A stretch of DNA of 64,000 bases, taken from assembly GCA_965246715.1 (NCBI GenBank), contig CBDFFH010000034.1:92316-156315 (forward strand), read 5' to 3'. Source of the DNA: Chamaesiphon sp. GTDB lineage: Bacteria; Cyanobacteriota; Cyanobacteriia; Cyanobacteriales; Chamaesiphonaceae. The notes beneath the pieces were generated by a model, which did no database searches, was not told the DNA's origin, and saw nothing but the letters and a program-made list of their open reading frames with translations. How positions within the stretch are numbered: the stretch's first letter is position 1; the number at the start of each line of letters is the position of its first letter. Both the position numbers and the translations under genes were made by a program. Positions 63,894-64,000 of this stretch are shown piece after piece.

Positions 63894-64000
63894 TTAGCGA
63901 TCGGGTGTGCGGATAAAGATGTTGATTATTTCATGCGTTGACGTTCTTTGATAATGTGAAAGATCGACGGAGCGAGTGAGATAAATGTAATCAGGAGGAC

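Overview
Cyanobacterial chromosomal window. It is dense in HIP1 (GCGATCGC) and CGATCG/TCGATCGA palindromes, and the gene set includes por, crtD, crtE and cbiMN. The palindrome usage is reminiscent of Chamaesiphon, but this is not verified. Most genes are housekeeping: rsmB, carA, mini-RNase III, rlmB, murQ, serS, gpmI, pyrG, prfB, rpsA and tRNA-Arg(CCG). Accessory or unusual parts are: (1) an unannotated ~190-nt non-coding transcription unit with a consensus promoter and terminator at 1523-1747; (2) a cobalamin riboswitch with cbiMN but no adjacent cbiQO; (3) a REP-associated tyrosine transposase (RAYT) flanked by GTAG-type REP palindromes and convergent with an ATP-dependent RNA ligase; (4) an AT-rich two-partner secretion cluster (TpsB, CHAT protease, repeat-rich FHA, trypsin-like protease); (5) an orphan, HIP1-free gene resembling a nucleoside 2-deoxyribosyltransferase; (6) a Ser/Thr kinase pseudogene interrupted by a 237-bp MITE with perfect 20-bp TIRs and a 6-bp target duplication; (7) a probable non-AUG start for a STAS gene and the prfB programmed frameshift; (8) several families of small dispersed repeats. 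All family calls come from reading motifs by eye; no database searches were run.
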